64,000 nt of DNA from Candidatus Woesebacteria bacterium GW2011_GWF1_31_35 (GCA_001029755.1 CP011214.1:65754-129753), one strand, 5' to 3'; shown: positions 38,526 to 48,008, counted from the stretch's first letter. Notes: generated by a model not told the origin, from the sequence alone. Translations and numbers: made by a program.

Positions 38526-39377
38526 ATGAAAAAACTACTATTAATTATCGGAGGAGGATTCCTGTTAATAATCTTTCTAGGTCTAGTTGGCAAGAACTCC
38601 CCAAGCGAACAGTCAAACGGCCAAACAGAGGTCAAAGAGCAAAAAGAAGCAAAGCTGGCGTTTGTTTTCGATGTTCCAAGCCTTATGGGCAAGAATATAG
38701 ATGAAATCAAGAAAGATCTTGATTCCTATAAAAAGAAGTCCTTGGAACCAACTTCGGATCAAATGAAGCTGGGGGTTAAAGAATGGGAGGTTGAGTTTGA
38801 GAAGGACGGAAAGAGCCTATTGGTGACGTACGACATCGCTACTAAAAAGGTTAAGGACTTCTTTATTAGTTCTGATGATCCTTCTGGGAAGACTAAGGAC
38901 AAAAATCACCTATTGGAGCTCGGAAATCTCAAAGAGAACGATTCAAGATATAAAGTCGAATTTGTTAAAACTCTTAAAGATCCTTCATTCTTTACAGGAG
39001 TGAAAATAAGCCCGACTCTAAAATATGAATATGAAATACTCTCACGAGTTGAAGGAAAAACGGATGAGAATATTAGTATTCTGATCAAAGTTGGAGAAGC
39101 TGATCCACAAGGAATCGCTACTGAGGTTCAGAAAAGTTGTAAAAAGCAATGCAACATAAGCCTTTTTGATGATAAAAAGGCATTCGAGTTAGATGCTGAA
39201 TATACCAATAAAATACTTAGTTACGACGTAACCGTAGCTGAGAGAGAGGCTTGGAAGAAAAAGAACACCGTATTCCTAGCTGATCACCTAGTTGCAACTG
39301 TTGGATACAGTTTCGGACCTTACGCAGAATATCCACTTAAGGACTCTTACTACAGAGAGCTTAAGGGCGAGAAATAA
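38526..39377 (+). CDS. hypothetical secreted/membrane-anchored protein
   Basis: It has an N-terminal signal anchor MKKLLLIIGGGFLLIIFLGLVG and a Lys/Glu-rich soluble domain. A strong SD (aaggagg) sits upstream. Confidence 0.4.
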   Translation: MKKLLLIIGGGFLLIIFLGLVGKNSPSEQSNGQTEVKEQKEAKLAFVFDVPSLMGKNIDEIKKDLDSYKKKSLEPTSDQMKLGVKEWEVEFEKDGKSLLVTYDIATKKVKDFFISSDDPSGKTKDKNHLLELGNLKENDSRYKVEFVKTLKDPSFFTGVKISPTLKYEYEILSRVEGKTDENISILIKVGEADPQGIATEVQKSCKKQCNISLFDDKKAFELDAEYTNKILSYDVTVAEREAWKKKNTVFLADHLVATVGYSFGPYAEYPLKDSYYRELKGEK

Positions 39378-39414
39378 ATTACAACAGAAAGATCGAGAGG
39401 TCTTTCTGTTGTGC

Positions 39415-40944
39415 CTAGAACTTCATATCGAGCATTCCGGCAGTGATAGGCTTTGACAGGTCTCTATATTCTCCAAACATGTCCATTCCCCAGTGTGAGA
39501 CTGGTGGTCTTGGTGGCCCAGCGGATTTGTAAGTCGGTCTATCTGACTCCAAAATTTTCAAAATAATGATAGTAAAGGCATCTACGAGGTCATCGTGTTT
39601 CTCTATACCAAAATTAACAATTTGGCTGATAAGATTCTCTGCTCCGTGTTGAGGGAATAAGACTTTCCCTTGGCGAATGTAAGGGGTGGCCATCTCCAAC
39701 CTGGTCTGCTTATTCATTCCAGAGATTGGTACTGCTTCAGCCATTACTTTTTCGAGGGTAAGCTGTTGGACTAAAGAAACCTGATAATTTACATTTTCTA
39801 CATAGGCTGTAGGCACTCTTTTGAAGTCTTGATTTAATAAATCACAAACCCGTTTTATTTCTACGATAGTATCGGTGAAATTAATTCGTTTGTTTACGAT
39901 GTATGGCAAGATATAAATCTTCAAGTCGTCACCGTAGCCAGTTACTATAAAGGGAATGAGGGCTGTAAAATCGGCTGTACTTTTTTCTGAGATGGCAAGA
40001 TCCACGCCAATCCCAAGCAACCAATAATTTCGCAAATCAGGTAACACTTCGTAATACTTTGGCCAGCTTCTTTGGACAATTCGCTTGTCGTCGGAAATAA
40101 ATTTCAATAAATACTCTCGGTACCAAGCGGATTCGTCGGCTACCTGTCGTCTCTTGGTTTCTATATGCATCATGGATGGATACTTGCCCGGCCAAGCAAT
40201 ATTGTCGTTCTTATCCAAAAGAGGGTACTCTCGGTAAACTCCATCCATTTTTCCAGAGTTAATGCTCTCTTTAAGTCGCATCATGAGAGAATCTTCGTGT
40301 AAGAGGTTTCCCACGATAACTATTTTTGTATTCATTTCGCCAATAGGCATGGCTTCTCCGGTATACCAGTTCCACAGCTTATCTCGACCCTCTCTGGTTT
40401 TGACCGATTCTAAGTCCTCTACGTCGTCAATGACGATAAGGTCAGGCCTGTATTGGTAGTGGCGAAGCCCTCGGATACTTTCGCTTTGGGAAATGGCCGA
40501 GATTCTTGCATTGTATTGAGGGATAACAAACGAATTAGATCGCCACTCATCAGCAACCTCGGTAAATGGCCCAAAGTCTCTTATTAGTAGCTCATTGGAA
40601 GAAAGCTCTTGCTTAATGTTGGTCAAGATCTGTTTGGAAAGGTCTTGGGTTTGACTCACAACCAGCGTATATTTTTTGGCTGGCCTGCCAAGCATTGCCC
40701 AGATAGGGTAAGCCAGAGTGGCAATGGTGGATTTAGCTGAACCTCGAAAAGCCGTTATCACAACCTTTAAGATCCCTTCGTTTTGAAGGAGGTTAAATAT
40801 TTCTTTTTGGAACGGAGCTGTAGGACAGGTTATGTAGTGGGTAAAATACGTGACAAAGAACCACGAGAAGCTCTCCCTTGTGAGCGCTCTCCTAAAATTA
40901 GGGTCTATTTGAATTAGTTTGATTATTTCTTGATGGTCATTCAT
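39415..40944 (-). CDS. terL: phage terminase large subunit
   Basis: The N-terminal ATPase has the Walker A-like AFRGSAKST and Walker B LIVIDDVED. The C-terminal RNase-H-like nuclease has acidic residues (GVDLAISEKSTADF, KHDDLVDAF). Length is 509 aa. Confidence 0.75.
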   Translation of the reverse strand: MNDHQEIIKLIQIDPNFRRALTRESFSWFFVTYFTHYITCPTAPFQKEIFNLLQNEGILKVVITAFRGSAKSTIATLAYPIWAMLGRPAKKYTLVVSQTQDLSKQILTNIKQELSSNELLIRDFGPFTEVADEWRSNSFVIPQYNARISAISQSESIRGLRHYQYRPDLIVIDDVEDLESVKTREGRDKLWNWYTGEAMPIGEMNTKIVIVGNLLHEDSLMMRLKESINSGKMDGVYREYPLLDKNDNIAWPGKYPSMMHIETKRRQVADESAWYREYLLKFISDDKRIVQRSWPKYYEVLPDLRNYWLLGIGVDLAISEKSTADFTALIPFIVTGYGDDLKIYILPYIVNKRINFTDTIVEIKRVCDLLNQDFKRVPTAYVENVNYQVSLVQQLTLEKVMAEAVPISGMNKQTRLEMATPYIRQGKVLFPQHGAENLISQIVNFGIEKHDDLVDAFTIIILKILESDRPTYKSAGPPRPPVSHWGMDMFGEYRDLSKPITAGMLDMKF

Positions 40945-41356
40945 GTTCTTCCTTTTCCTGTGGGGCTAACGCCACCATTTCTAATGCTTTATTTAATAAT
41001 TCTTTTTGTTCGTCGGTTAACTCAATATCTTGGTTTTTATTTGAAGCCATGATTTCTATTTTGGTGGCATAGGCGGGGTGGTGATGTTTAAGCCAGAAAA
41101 TTATGGCCGTCATGTTTTTGTCCTTAATGGCACTCATCATTTGAGACTCGGCCATGTCATTAACAAGCAGGTTGCCATCTAACAATGCCTGGTCACTGGC
41201 TTGAGCAAATTCAGAGTGATTCTTGCGCCAACGATAGTAGGTTGCCCTACTAATATTTGCTTTTTCACAGGCTATCTGAACGATCGGAGTTTTCTTCAAG
41301 ATCTCCAAAAGTTGCTCTTTATTTTTAGATTGGCGTTTTACAATTGATTTATCCAT
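40937..41356 (-). CDS. HTH protein, putative terminase small subunit
   Basis: The N-terminal HTH is IACEKANISRATYYRWRKN. Its position immediately upstream of terL is typical of terS. Confidence 0.45.
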   Translation of the reverse strand: MDKSIVKRQSKNKEQLLEILKKTPIVQIACEKANISRATYYRWRKNHSEFAQASDQALLDGNLLVNDMAESQMMSAIKDKNMTAIIFWLKHHHPAYATKIEIMASNKNQDIELTDEQKELLNKALEMVALAPQEKEEHE

Positions 41357-42668
41357 AGATTTTTTTGGCTTTCTGACTTGTAAGTTTTTCCCAACGCTTT
41401 ATGATTACTTCCGTATATACAGGAGACTTTTCCATGATGTAGCATCGTCGTTTCATTTTGGTTGCTGCAATGAGGGTTGAGCCTGACCCCCCAAAGGGCT
41501 CGACAATTAAATCGCCACGCTTGGTAAGCATCTTTATGTATGGAATGAGGATCTCTACTGGCTTGGTGCCAAACACAACGCCTTGGCCCGAATGTTTCTC
41601 GTCTGAAGCATTAAACTCTATAAAATCGGTTGGTTGATTCTTCTTTCCATGTTCATAGCCTTCCCAGTGTGGCTTACCTGATGTTGCATATAATGCAGTC
41701 TCGTATTCGTTTTGCAAAAGCTCTTCTTCCGCATCTTTATTGATTTGTTTACCCTCACTCGTTCCAACTATAGCTATATCGTATTTTGAGAAAAATTTAA
41801 ACTTTGCCGAGAAACCTTGATGCCTGTTGGGTAATCTCCATATCAACATGTTGCGCACCTTCCAATACTTCTCGATCTCGTCCCACATGGCCCGGGTGTT
41901 CTTCCAATTTTCGTACGAGATGATACTGAAGTCTGGTTTTGCTACCTTAGCGATATTTGCCATCCAAAGAGATATAAAGTTGTCTGGCAAAACATCAGTC
42001 TCTAAATAGCGACGGTTGCGCTTGGCCCCGAAACCCGTTACGGGTTTTCCGTGACGTTTTGCGCCAACGTAATCGAGCAAATAAGGTTCATCTGTCAGAC
42101 ACATATCCGCTTTTTCACCATTCATAAGTTTTAAAATATCTGCTTCTATGGTGGAATCACCGCACATCAGGCGATTTTCGCCAAGAGCGTAAGTATCACC
42201 TTTCTTTGTATTAATCTGATGGATATTCAACTTTAGAAGCTCCTTTTCAAGACTAAATTCTTCGGGAACATCGACATCGAAAATACCGTCAAGTTCCCCA
42301 CTGGAAAAACCAATATCTGCAAGGAACGACTCATCGAACTTAGCCAACAAGTCCCAATCGAATTCTCCAACATTTTTATTACTCCGGATGTTATATTCAG
42401 TAAACTCACCATTTGTAAGTTTCCTATTTGGAAGTCTTACATCAATTTCTTCCTCGCCCCTTCCTAAAAGCATCATTATTTTTATTCGCTGGTGGCCAGC
42501 CACAATTTTATTGTCAGTATCAATGGCAGGAATTTCGACTAAATTGAATTTGTTTAGACTGTCTTTTAACTTCTCTGCTTGCTCATTAGATAATTTACGC
42601 GGATTTGATTCATAAGGAACCAATTCCTTAACCTTCCGCTTTTCTGTGTGCCAAATTAGATTTCCCAT
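41349..42668 (-). CDS. ParB-like nuclease domain fused to DNA methyltransferase (N4/N6 class)
   Basis: It has an N-terminal ParB/Srx motif region (KELVPYESNPRK...AGHQRI). The methyltransferase motifs are a DPPY-like TDEPYLL and a C-terminal VEPFGGSGST, an arrangement common in phages. Confidence 0.7.
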   Translation of the reverse strand: MGNLIWHTEKRKVKELVPYESNPRKLSNEQAEKLKDSLNKFNLVEIPAIDTDNKIVAGHQRIKIMMLLGRGEEEIDVRLPNRKLTNGEFTEYNIRSNKNVGEFDWDLLAKFDESFLADIGFSSGELDGIFDVDVPEEFSLEKELLKLNIHQINTKKGDTYALGENRLMCGDSTIEADILKLMNGEKADMCLTDEPYLLDYVGAKRHGKPVTGFGAKRNRRYLETDVLPDNFISLWMANIAKVAKPDFSIISYENWKNTRAMWDEIEKYWKVRNMLIWRLPNRHQGFSAKFKFFSKYDIAIVGTSEGKQINKDAEEELLQNEYETALYATSGKPHWEGYEHGKKNQPTDFIEFNASDEKHSGQGVVFGTKPVEILIPYIKMLTKRGDLIVEPFGGSGSTLIAATKMKRRCYIMEKSPVYTEVIIKRWEKLTSQKAKKIYG

Positions 42669-42756
42669 ATAGGGTTATTCTGGGCTTCTTTAGGAATCAT
42701 TAAAACGGGAATGGAGGAGGAAAATGAGGGGAATTGGAGGAAATATGGAGGAAAAA

Positions 42757-43287
42757 CTAGTGTGTTACAACACTAATGTTTATGAGCTTAGATCCATGAC
42801 CTCTTGTACGTCTCATTTTTACAACAAAGCCATCTTGCTTCAGGGCTTTAATGAAATCTTTCCTTATATATCCGACCCCCTTAGCATCATCTGCAACTTC
42901 AATTTGCTCTTTAACTATCTTATCGCTAACAAAATTATCTTCGCTTGTAAGCAAAAGTTGAAAGTATTTACCCGCTTTAGTACCAAGATTTATACGACCA
43001 AGTATATTGACCGCCTGGTATACAAATGTACCCTCCACTGTAATCTTAAATCCAAAATTCTCCGGGGATGAGTAGTTGACGAGATCAACATTATCCATTT
43101 CCTTCGAATATTTCGATATACTGCTAACTGGTAAATTGATATCTAGCTTTGGAAGCAAAAGGTTTGGAATTGTCATTATGCCTGCAAAGTTCTGAAGGAT
43201 TTCCTGCACAGGAGCAAAGATATTGGGCAAGAGCTCCAATTTTTCAAAATCAGTATCAGTCAGTTTTGTGTTTCCTAGTCTAGGCAT
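42757..43287 (-). CDS. hypothetical protein
   Basis: A 176-aa protein immediately downstream of the LexA-like gene, with no motif. Confidence 0.3.
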   Translation of the reverse strand: MPRLGNTKLTDTDFEKLELLPNIFAPVQEILQNFAGIMTIPNLLLPKLDINLPVSSISKYSKEMDNVDLVNYSSPENFGFKITVEGTFVYQAVNILGRINLGTKAGKYFQLLLTSEDNFVSDKIVKEQIEVADDAKGVGYIRKDFIKALKQDGFVVKMRRTRGHGSKLINISVVTH

Positions 43288-43288
43288 A

Positions 43289-43903
43289 TTATTCAGATAA
43301 TTTTCCTAAAACTTTTCCCTGGATCATAATTTCCCTGGCAATTATCGGTTTGTATTCAGAATTATGACTCTCAGGCAGGAGAACTACATATTCACTCATC
43401 TTTTTAAACCTTTTTAGGGTTGCTGTCTCTTCGTTAGGGTTGAACGCCACTACAATATCGCCATTGTCAGGCACTGGTTGTGGAACAACTATGACTATAT
43501 CTCCAGTGTTGAGGCCAGCCTTGGACATACTGTCTCCTTTGACTCGTAGTAAAAACGCATCACTTCGGCCATGGAGTTCAGATTTTGAAACATCACGATA
43601 GCCTTCGATGTTTTCCTGAGCGAGGGCTGGTTGACCAGCTCTAATCTCGCCAACCAAGGGTAGGTTTATTACTTCCTGATCTGGGAGAGGAGCGAGTAGA
43701 ATCTTTATAGCTCTACGAGCCTGTTTGTCACGATGTATATATCCTAAATCCTGTAATTTCTCTAACTGAATGGATACGCCTCGAATAGATTTAATCTGAG
43801 TTGCCCTCATTATTTCGGGTATCGATGGCGAGTAGCCATTCTCTGATTGAAACTTAGTGACAAAAGAAAAAACTTTCCTGACGTTGTCGGTGAGATTATT
43901 CAT
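43289..43903 (-). CDS. LexA-like repressor (wHTH plus S24 peptidase)
   Basis: It has the N-terminal LexA DNA-binding fold (ENGYSPSIPEIMRATQIKSIRGVSIQLEKLQDLGYI) and a cleavage-site-like AGQP. It also has the catalytic Ser in GDSM and Lys in LKRF. The start was taken at the MNNLTDN ATG (43903) because the ORF track's start is a TTG. Confidence 0.75.
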   Translation of the reverse strand: MNNLTDNVRKVFSFVTKFQSENGYSPSIPEIMRATQIKSIRGVSIQLEKLQDLGYIHRDKQARRAIKILLAPLPDQEVINLPLVGEIRAGQPALAQENIEGYRDVSKSELHGRSDAFLLRVKGDSMSKAGLNTGDIVIVVPQPVPDNGDIVVAFNPNEETATLKRFKKMSEYVVLLPESHNSEYKPIIAREIMIQGKVLGKLSE

Positions 43904-43923
43904 AGTGGTAATTAATTCTACCA

Positions 43924-43952
43924 TTGACAATTCTACTTAGCAAGTATATAAA
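43924..43952 (+). promoter_or_regulatory. near-consensus sigma70-type promoter TTGACA-N17-TATAAA
   Basis: The -35 TTGACA is at 43924..43929 and the -10 TATAAA at 43947..43952, with exact 17-nt spacing, about 50 nt upstream of the DUF2188 gene. Confidence 0.4.
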
Positions 43953-43964
43953 TAATGTTAGACT

Positions 43965-43983
43965 GCCTCCTAATATAGGAGGC
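43965..43983. promoter_or_regulatory. perfect palindrome GCCTCC-N7-GGAGGC (candidate operator)
   Basis: It has 6-bp inverted arms and a 7-nt AT spacer, and sits just downstream of the predicted -10 (TSS region). That places it between the LexA-like gene and the DUF2188 cassette. Confidence 0.35.
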
Positions 43984-44003
43984 TTATTAGTAAGGAAACA
44001 ATT

Positions 44004-44243
44004 ATGGCAAACTACAACGTAACAAAAAATTCGGATGGAGGGTGGGACGCAAAGCGAGATAATGCCCAAAGATCGAGCTTCCATGGAAATACCCAACGTG
44101 AGACGGAGACTGTAGCTAAACAATTTTCAAAAAACTCCTGCGGAGGAGAAGTTAGAATCCAAGGTAGAGACAATAAATTTAGGGACAGCGACACTGTTCC
44201 TCCAGCTCATGACCCCAATCCTCCCAGAGACAAGAGACACTAA
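44004..44243 (+). CDS. DUF2188 family small protein
   Basis: It matches the DUF2188 consensus over its full length (NSDGGWDAKRDNAQRSS...GNTQRETETVAKQFSKNSCGGEVRIQGRDNKFRDSDTVPPAHDPNPP). An SD (aagga) is upstream. Confidence 0.6.
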   Translation: MANYNVTKNSDGGWDAKRDNAQRSSFHGNTQRETETVAKQFSKNSCGGEVRIQGRDNKFRDSDTVPPAHDPNPPRDKRH

Positions 44244-44244
44244 T

Positions 44245-45306
44245 ATGGCATACGAAATAGACTATATACCAGTAGGCGATGGAGAAAAAAGCGGAGACGC
44301 TATTTTACTTCGTTTTGGAAATCTAATTGGCCCGCGTTCTGAGCAAACGGTGGTTGTTATTGATGGAGGTTTTAAGGATTCTGGAGAAAAAATTGTCGAA
44401 CACTTGAGTACATACTACGGCACAACTGAAGTCGACCTAGTGGTGTCGACTCACCCAGACGCGGATCATGCCTCCGGTCTATCCGTCGTCTTAGAGAACT
44501 GTACAGTAACCAACTTACTCATACACAAACCGTGGGAACACGCGGAAGACATTAAAAGTCTCTTTAAAGATGGCCGAATCACGGCGTCGGGGTTAGAAGA
44601 GAAGCTGGAAAAGTCTTTGCAGCATGCAAGTGATTTAGAAGCGATGGCAAGAGAAAAGGGCATTAAGATTGTTGAGCCCTTCCAGGGGGTCACCGGATTC
44701 TCAAACGTAATGCTGGTATTGGGTCCCTCTCAAGAATATTATGAAGGGTTACTTGCCCTATTCCGATCTACTCCAAGTCCAATTGAGTCATTAGCTAAAT
44801 TATTGGCACCAGTACAGAAAGCTGCTGAAGAAGTGATTAATTGGCTAGAGGACACTTTCGAAATAGATTTACTTAATGATGACGATGACACTACCTCAGC
44901 AGAAAATAATTCCAGCGCAGTCATTCTTTTTACTATTGATGGACACAAACTCTTATTCACTGGAGACGCTGGAAAGACGGGGCTGTTGTCGGCGGCAGAA
45001 TATGCTGAGGGTCAAGGTATTGCCCTTACAGACCTCAGCTTCCTTGACGTTCCCCATCATGGTAGTAAAAGGAATTTAAGTAGTAAGGTCTTAGCCAAAA
45101 TTAAAGCCGGTACAGCTTTTGTCTCCGCCGCTGAAGGTTCCCCAAAACATCCAGCAAAAAAAGTCACAAATGCTCTTAAAAAACATGGTGCTCGAGTTTA
45201 CGTCAATAATAAGGGAAACACCATACAACACGGACACAATGCCCCAGATAGATCCAATTGGGGTCCGGCACCGGAGGAAATTTTCCATAGCAGGGTTGAG
45301 GAATAA
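44245..45306 (+). CDS. MBL-fold metallo-hydrolase (ComEC C-terminal domain-like)
   Basis: It has the N-terminal YIPVGDGEKSGDAILL (VGxGDs..I), the metal motif VSTHPDADHASG (HxHxDH), and a late FLDVPHHGSKRN. The start follows the DUF2188 stop by 1 nt. Confidence 0.7.
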   Translation: MAYEIDYIPVGDGEKSGDAILLRFGNLIGPRSEQTVVVIDGGFKDSGEKIVEHLSTYYGTTEVDLVVSTHPDADHASGLSVVLENCTVTNLLIHKPWEHAEDIKSLFKDGRITASGLEEKLEKSLQHASDLEAMAREKGIKIVEPFQGVTGFSNVMLVLGPSQEYYEGLLALFRSTPSPIESLAKLLAPVQKAAEEVINWLEDTFEIDLLNDDDDTTSAENNSSAVILFTIDGHKLLFTGDAGKTGLLSAAEYAEGQGIALTDLSFLDVPHHGSKRNLSSKVLAKIKAGTAFVSAAEGSPKHPAKKVTNALKKHGARVYVNNKGNTIQHGHNAPDRSNWGPAPEEIFHSRVEE

Positions 45307-45307
45307 T

Positions 45308-46003
45308 ATGAAATTTGATAGATACGATATCTTTGCGCGAGCTCTTCCAGCAGTTCTTGCGTCGGTACCATTTTTTATCCTCCACTACTTTTTATTTAGC
45401 CCAGCTTTAGGCGCATTTTGGGGAGAACTTCTTGGACTCAAAGTTGCCTCTGATGTCACATTTGTTTTTGCCTTACTATTTTTGGCGATGCAGTTTAATC
45501 GCATTGTATCGAAGGAAGTCTTTGAAAAAAGAATGTATGGTGACGGATTAAAATTTCCTACAACTAATTTCCTTCTTCATCTTGATTCATATTTTTCATC
45601 TGACTACACCCAAAAGATCCACAATCGGATCGAGTCTGACTTTAGTATAAATATCCCTACTCGTTACAGTGAAACAAAGGATGAAGACAAATCGAGGAAG
45701 CTTATAGCTGAAGCAATTAGCCACATTCGCGTAAAGGTTGGTAAAGGAAACTTGCTTGGACAACACAATCTGGAATATGGTTTTGTACGTAATTTCTCCG
45801 GTGGCAACGTTCTTGCAAGTGCTGTATCTATGTTGGATATAATTATTTTTAAGTGGATTTACCCAAACAATACGGCACTCTCCGTTTCGATTGTTAGCTT
45901 TTTTATCTACTTCACTCTTAGCCTCCTTGCAGGAAAGATGATAGAAAGCGTTGGTAGAAGTTATGCCAAGGTTCTGATTCAAGAGTATATGGCTCTGCAA
46001 TGA
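45308..46003 (+). CDS. hypothetical membrane protein (2+2 TM helices flanking a soluble core)
   Basis: The start is 1 nt after the MBL stop. TM segments are found at the N-terminus (ALPAVLASVPFFILHYFLF, VTFVFALLFLAMQF) and C-terminus. Confidence 0.4.
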   Translation: MKFDRYDIFARALPAVLASVPFFILHYFLFSPALGAFWGELLGLKVASDVTFVFALLFLAMQFNRIVSKEVFEKRMYGDGLKFPTTNFLLHLDSYFSSDYTQKIHNRIESDFSINIPTRYSETKDEDKSRKLIAEAISHIRVKVGKGNLLGQHNLEYGFVRNFSGGNVLASAVSMLDIIIFKWIYPNNTALSVSIVSFFIYFTLSLLAGKMIESVGRSYAKVLIQEYMALQ

Positions 46004-46004
46004 T

Positions 46005-46586
46005 ATGTTTCTATCTGATAAAGCGATTCAAGAGTTTAAGGACATAGTTAAAAAGGAAAAAGGGGTTGAGTTATCAGATGCCGAAGCTCGGGATCAGGGA
46101 GAAAGACTTGTTTCATTTTTCGAAATATTAATGGAGGTTTCTCAGGTAGAGCTTAGACGAAAGAAAAGACTCGAGAAAGAACCGGAAGGTTTTCATTTAA
46201 ATGAAGGTGAGGGCCCGTATAACTGTCGGGTTTGTTATGAATCTGTATCGGGAAAAGGGGTGTGGTGGGACTTAAATGGTATTAAATGCCTAGATTGCCA
46301 AAGAAATATAAACGAAAGCATTATCCCAGCCGAAATATGTGATAACGACAAATTATGGATAAAAGACTGGCAATTTCAGTCTGATTATGACATTCATCCT
46401 TCAACAAGAAGAAAACTCATCAGAACAGGCTTATTACATGGCCGCGATCTAAAAAGAGACAATGGATCAATATACTATACTGTTTATCTGGTAAACGAGA
46501 ATTTGGAGTTCTTGAAAAAATATCCTAAAAAAAGAAAAGAAAATGTAGAGTTTATCGCAGTTGGGAAAAATAAGGTTCAACTATGA
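46005..46586 (+). CDS. hypothetical zinc-ribbon protein
   Basis: It has CRVCYES...CLDCQ (four Cys) and a basic C-terminus, and is translationally coupled to its neighbours. Confidence 0.4.
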   Translation: MFLSDKAIQEFKDIVKKEKGVELSDAEARDQGERLVSFFEILMEVSQVELRRKKRLEKEPEGFHLNEGEGPYNCRVCYESVSGKGVWWDLNGIKCLDCQRNINESIIPAEICDNDKLWIKDWQFQSDYDIHPSTRRKLIRTGLLHGRDLKRDNGSIYYTVYLVNENLEFLKKYPKKRKENVEFIAVGKNKVQL

Positions 46587-47305
46587 TCGACATGGCAAAG
46601 TACTGGTATTCTCCAGCCTACGTAATCCATATGGCTGAGGAAATAATTAAAGTGTATGGTCAAGAGAATATAGACAAAGATACTCTTTTTCAGAAGGTTG
46701 GAGAAATGAAATGTGCAGCAATCATGTTACTTGGTTTACATAAAGCATTTGGTACACATTTTTTCATGCAGTCTTCTCTAGATCAGTTCCCTGATGTGTG
46801 GACGCTTTATCAGGAGGAAATTCCAGACAAAAATGTTGATACAAAATATCAAACCGTTGAAGTAGTCACATACGAAACACATACCAGCATTCCAGTAGTC
46901 GACTTTATCTTAAAAAATAAGCTGGTAAATCCCAAGAAGGCATACGATGAAGAAACAATAATACTTTGTTATATAAGAAAAGCTGGTACTTTTATTGACT
47001 TTGACCTTCTCTATAAAAAACTTGGACAGCATAAATTCAAACCAAGTAGAGTTTTTGTCATAGGTAATAAAATGGAAAATCCTCAAATATTTAAATTAAC
47101 CCAAGTTTGGCCAGTTATTCATCATGAGGATATAGACTATGTTGAGGCAACAAAGGCATACCCTCTGCCTCACAGAAGGTTTTTCAAAAAAGGTATATCA
47201 AAAAAGATTAATAACAAATTTGCTACTTCTAGAGTAAGACCTAACCCCTATGAGGTTTTTAACCTCGGTGAACAGTTATTAAAGAAGAAATATAATGTTC
47301 ACTAA
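46583..47305 (+). CDS. hypothetical protein
   Basis: A 240-aa ORF overlapping the previous gene by 4 nt, with no motif. Confidence 0.35.
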   Translation: MIDMAKYWYSPAYVIHMAEEIIKVYGQENIDKDTLFQKVGEMKCAAIMLLGLHKAFGTHFFMQSSLDQFPDVWTLYQEEIPDKNVDTKYQTVEVVTYETHTSIPVVDFILKNKLVNPKKAYDEETIILCYIRKAGTFIDFDLLYKKLGQHKFKPSRVFVIGNKMENPQIFKLTQVWPVIHHEDIDYVEATKAYPLPHRRFFKKGISKKINNKFATSRVRPNPYEVFNLGEQLLKKKYNVH

Positions 47306-47315
47306 AACGAATAGC

Positions 47316-47972
47316 TTAAGGAGTAGGAACATCTGACCAACCCTCTTTACCCTGAGTGAATTCTCTTCCGTCTGGTGCCACACATCTTCTTATTCCTGTT
47401 CTCTCGTAATATTGTTCTGAGGAGAGTTGACCGCCATCGCGGCCAATGGCTTTAGCGCAATCTTCGTATTTTTTAACCCATGAGTATTTTTCTTTGAGTG
47501 TAGGTGCTAAATCGCCACCAGGAAGAAGTTCAGGATCAAAACTACTGTCAGGACATCCATGGTTGCAGGAGTTGCGTTCACCTTCATTTAGTAATACATC
47601 TGCAATTTGCCAAGCAGTCATACTCTGAGAAATCATATATCTAGCTTCTCGGTCAATGGTGTTACTGCCAATGGTAAGAGCATTCCCTTTGCCTGAAGTA
47701 TTGTCTTTTGTGTGCTCTAAAGCGTATTTAAAAGCTTCTTCGTCTTTAACGAATCCGTAATAGCGAAGATCGCCAGCTACAGCCGTTAAGGTTTTATCTT
47801 TACTAATCGTAAATCCAATTGATTGAGTATTTTGTCTTGGAGCCCCAAACTTACTTTGCCAATTTCTATACCAGAGAGTAGACGCGAAGATTGCAACTAT
47901 TACAAGGACTGCCAAGTATATGAGCCAGCGTGGGAATGATTTAGTCTTTTTTGGCATATAGTATCTAATCAA
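47316..47972 (-). CDS. membrane-anchored protein with MltG/YceG N-terminal-like domain plus Cys-rich tail (island copy)
   Basis: It has an N-terminal TM and LRYYGFVKDEEAFKYALEHTKD...TAWQIADVLLN, which is paralogous to 48303..48821. The sequence is GC-rich. Confidence 0.4.
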   Translation of the reverse strand: MIRYYMPKKTKSFPRWLIYLAVLVIVAIFASTLWYRNWQSKFGAPRQNTQSIGFTISKDKTLTAVAGDLRYYGFVKDEEAFKYALEHTKDNTSGKGNALTIGSNTIDREARYMISQSMTAWQIADVLLNEGERNSCNHGCPDSSFDPELLPGGDLAPTLKEKYSWVKKYEDCAKAIGRDGGQLSSEQYYERTGIRRCVAPDGREFTQGKEGWSDVPTP

Positions 47973-48008
47973 GTATAGAACGTACCGCTAATTAGTTCCA
48001 CAGGCAAG

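Noticed and set aside
42724-43071. A 115-aa plus-strand ORF.
   Set aside because: It is entirely antisense to the 176-aa gene at 42757..43287, which sits in an operon with the LexA-like gene. Only the minus-strand gene is kept.
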